From: Setoptus koraiensis
Lineage: Eukaryota > Animalia > Arthropoda
Reading direction: 5' to 3'
DNA: 64,000 bases
Assembly (NCBI GenBank): GCA_048013815.1
Contig: CM106586.1
Coordinates: 7,192,001 to 7,256,000, forward strand
Part shown: positions 60,601-64,000 of the stretch, piece by piece
Layout: the number at the start of each line of letters is the position of its first letter
Numbering within the stretch: position 1 is the stretch's first letter
Notes under the pieces: generated by a model
The model's database searches: none
Told to the model about the DNA's origin: nothing
What the model saw: the letters and a program-made list of their open reading frames with translations, nothing else
Program-made: the position numbers and the translations under genes

Positions 60601-63156
60601 AAAAACCAACGCAGGCCAACGCGAATGATGTAATGAGATCAAATAATGAGATTATCAAATAATGGGCCCCACGCAACAACGCGTGCACGTTTGCGCGCCA
60701 AACAACTGGCAGTTAGCACGTATCTCATGCAAATTATTGCCGACATTTTTTGCCTGAGAGCGGCGTTGTTGTTGCGCGAACCGAGTCTCCAGTTGAGACG
60801 CAACGGGGACCCGCTACGTGCCGGCCCCGTTGCGTTCCGTCTGGCGAGTTGCGTCCCGTCTGGCGAGTTGCGTTTTGTCTGGCGAGTTGCGTTTTGTCTG
60901 GCGAGTTGCGTTTTACCTGGCGAGTTGTTTGTTTGCGCCGTCTGATTGCTAGCTCGGCGCTCCGACTGACATCATATTGGCGCTACCTGAACTGCTGCTG
61001 CTATCTGGCGATAATTACGCGCAAATACACGTCCGCTATTGTCGGCGTTGTCGGCGTTGTCGGCGTTGTCGGCGTTGTCGGCGTTGTCGTCGGTGACTGG
61101 CCGAGCCGAACGAACCGCCAAACAAACCGGCGAGCTGCATGCAAATTGCAGTTTGTTGTTTCTGGGGCCGGCACTAGCCGCCGGCGAGTCACCGCGGCCT
61201 GGTGGCACCGGAAGTGGGCGCAAAGCGGCCAACGGTCCATTACGAGCGCGCTGAGACGTGCGTCGGCGCGCGCGAAATTTGCGACTCGCCGGGCGTCTAG
61301 ACGGTGCCCGTCGAGCCGCCCAGACGGTCGAGCCGCCACTGTGCAGACCGGGGCCCGCGGCAGCCTGAAGACGGGGACCGCGGTAGCTGCGGCTGCGACA
61401 GTTGCCATGATGAGACAAATGACAAAAACGGCAAAAGTTGAGCCAGTTCCAGAGTGGCCCCTCGTTCGGATATATTTCATTTGGATGGCGCGTTACGTGC
61501 TCTGAGGCCCGCCGCCCACAACGCCGCTCCCATGTCTGGCTGACGCGCAGCTTGGCTGGCCAGGTAATTGTGCATAAAAAGTTGTGCGCGGCGCCACCGC
61601 CGGCCGCGAGTAACTGGCGACCGGCAGCTGGCGAGTCGCGGACCCGCCGATTGCCGGCAGGCCGCGCGAGCGGATTCTCGCGGGCCAGCCGGCAGACGCC
61701 GCAGCGAATAAAGTGAGAATGGCGGCGCGCATTGTCCAATGATTGCGCCTCTAAGTGCAGGAAGTGGGGCCCGCAATCAGGCCGAGCTCGGGCAGGCGGC
61801 TCGTGCACTGTAATGTGTCCAATCTATGGAGCGCGGCATGCAGTGCGGTACTACGGTCATCGTAGTTCGGGCGCCGGCTCGGCGGGCCCGCTGGCGGTCA
61901 GCGAGTCAGCGAGCCAGCGAGCCAGCGAGCCAGCGAGCCAGCAAGCCAGCGAGCAACAACAACACAAAGTGCCCAGTCAGCACAATGCGCGGCCAGCTCG
62001 GCGGACAACAGGCTCGCCGCTGGCAACACATGCCGCGACGCTGCCAAGATGACCGGGCAACGGCGAGCGGTCATTGTGCGATTGGCGCCAACAAGCAACG
62101 ACAGCGCGCCGGCCGCCGTACGACGGGTGCGCCGCTAATGGCACCGTATGGACACCTTTTATCGGCGGATGCCAATTACGGCTTATCTGGTCGTGTCGGC
62201 CGGGCCGGCAAACTGGCTCAGCGGCGCAGTCGGATGTGATTGCCGCTCTGCGGGCCGGCCGAACTGGCGCCGGCCAGCAGTCGGTGGCCGGGCCGGGCGG
62301 ACGGAAGCGCCCGAGCCGTCGCAGCAACAGCCGGCCCCAAATGACGGGCCGATACACAGGCGATACCCGGTGCAGCGCCGGTCGCATCTGGATATTGGTA
62401 GTGGCACGGATATGAGCGTGTGCCACGTGTAATTGTAATGGTTGCATAATGGTGTTAGGTGGTGCGCATCATTATTATCGCGGCACTATGATGATGATAG
62501 TTTCAATTTGCATAATAACACGCGCTCGCTGTCAGTCAGTGATTTTGTTGTTTTTATTGGTTTCGCTTAAACAACTCACTGACAGCCACGGCTGGCAGCT
62601 CGGGTTGCGCGGGGGCGCTCAGTGCGGGCAAAAGTTGATTAAAACACACGGCGGATACATGAGCTGTCTACCTGTGCGAAACGCGCGTTACGTCATGCAC
62701 ATATGCTCTCTCTCTCCCTCTCCCCTCTGACGCTCCACGCTCCATCTGAGCCGCACTACGTGGCTACGCGGCTGGAGTGTATGGCCGCGCAGCTAGAGTG
62801 TGTGGGAGAGCGGGGCGCGGGGGAGATGCTCGTGGCAGATAGCGCATGATTGATGGTAGTCGTAAACGTTTCAACTTGGACCGACAACAACAATTGATTG
62901 TTGCCGTTGCGCGCAGCCAGATACGTGCGTCGCAAGATATCACCGCGTTGTAGCGACCGCCGCCGCCGCAACAAATCCGCCTCAACAACAAATCCGCCGC
63001 CGCTTCAACGCGCGGACCCGCCGCCCCACCGTGCGGACCCGGCGCCGCAACGTGCTGCCGCCGCAAACCGCCGCTGCGCAACAACAACAATAACAGTAAT
63101 AATAGCAATAATAATAATAATAATAATAATAATGAGGCGCCCGGCGAGCGATTCAT
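54653..63156 (-). CDS. Sidestep-family immunoglobulin superfamily receptor (5 Ig + FN3 + TM + long low-complexity tail). Exons: ~63156-63030 (signal peptide, 3' end uncertain), 60275-59397, 59205-58561, 58414-58064, 57884-57594, 57382-56813, 56559-54653
   Basis: Ig1 PCNI...VLWYK...PIYTLDAR...DQGLYRCRVDFKKAPT; Ig2 GPYDEG...TC...WW...FMCTSSN; Ig3 CHVFGSRPSPKISW...DNGQQFTCAARN; Ig4 GSDVFFDCNIVANP...GHYQCLAYNTEG; Ig5 APIC...YGQLLCLASNSLG; FN3 PDPVTGC...CKPGSDNG...IYS|ANSKGKS; TM LTLLLFASALVFVTLSVLVILTV then RCRYKRK. All internal exons are phase 1-1 with lengths divisible by 3. Confidence 0.9.
60828..60927. repeat. Tandem repeat, 19-bp unit CTGGCGAGTTGCGTTTTGT x~5, in a Sidestep intron
   Basis: Units at 60841, 60860 and onward read directly. 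Confidence 0.9.
61039..61091. repeat. 9-bp tandem repeat (GTTGTCGGC)n, ~5-6 copies
   Basis: Read directly. Confidence 0.9.
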
Positions 63157-64000
63157 CAATCAACTCTCCGGGCCGACATTGTTCATTATATTAAGTGGAC
63201 AGGCGGCCAGATCGCCGGCGAGACGGCGCCAAGTGCCACTTGCCGCGCCCCACAAACAACAATGTCTCACTCTCGTCTCGGGCGTCTGGCTTCTTGCAGG
63301 GCCCCCGTCGGCCACAACGAGCCATCGCTCGCTAATTATCCGCCGCTAATTGCCTATTGTGCGCCCATTGTTGCGCGTGTGTGTGTGTCGCGGCAATTGA
63401 TTGTAGCGATCGTGCCACTGGCCCCAGTTTGCAGTCAGTGCCGCCAGTTGCTTCGTGGGGCAACTTACGTAAGATTGCTGGCGCAAGCTGCGCCAACAAA
63501 CGCTCGCCGGGCTAAGCGCGCTGGATAACGGCGGCCACTATCCGGTGCGCGGGGCTCGTTTCGCCGTTTGTTGCGCCCCCGCGCCACGCGTCGCCCGACC
63601 AAAACCATCGAGCGACCATCGGGCGACCGTCGAGCGACCGTCGAGCGACTGTCGAGTTTGCTCACCTACTAACCGCCAGACAAGCGGCTCGCTGTCACTT
63701 TGGCGCGATATTGGTGCGGCGAGCCAGATTGCCGGCAACAGCCAGCAAGAACAAAACAATATCCGTTCTCGGGCTTGTGATTGATGATTGTTTTGCACAA
63801 TTCAAATACGGCCAGGCCCCACATTAACACATCAGTGGGCGCGCACACTGTTGCCAAATACCCGCTCGATGGCTCTATCAGAGGCGGGGGCGCCATCACA
63901 CGAGCGCTCTATCAATCGTGCGTCGAGTGCGTCGGGCCCCAAATCGCCATTTCTCGTCTCGGCGCCGCTGTCCGTCGTCATTTGTTGTGAGCTAAACGCT

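Overview
Eukaryotic (not prokaryotic) DNA from an arthropod. An acariform mite, possibly eriophyoid-like, is my inference from the gene set, the long intronless housekeeping ORFs and the short introns. Genes supported by recognisable motifs plus splice phases checked by hand: a group XII secreted PLA2-like gene with a lost catalytic dyad (-, 237-932); a degenerate YIF1 copy with an in-frame TAG (+, 1912-2496); an unidentified ~2,220-aa disordered protein with Grb2-type YxN motifs (-, 3 exons, 2644-9740); an Iroquois TALE homeobox gene (-, 35590-38085); a Nep2-like neprilysin (+, ~11 exons, probably 29568-43637, which would nest Iroquois in its first intron); intronless UTP20 (+, 44351-51745); an intronless ARF GTPase (-, 51958-52503); and a Sidestep-family 5xIg+FN3 receptor (-, 54653-~63156). 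AT-rich, gene-dense blocks alternate with GC/CpG-rich blocks full of short tandem duplications. No tRNA, rRNA, CRISPR array or intact transposon ORF was found. The strongest unexplained signals are (i) very long AG-exclusion zones with distant YTRAY branch-site motifs in many introns, up to 377 nt, and (ii) the apparent nesting of Iroquois inside neprilysin. Most short ORFs in the supplied track are artefacts of GC-rich, repetitive DNA. All gene models are manual and need RNA-seq.
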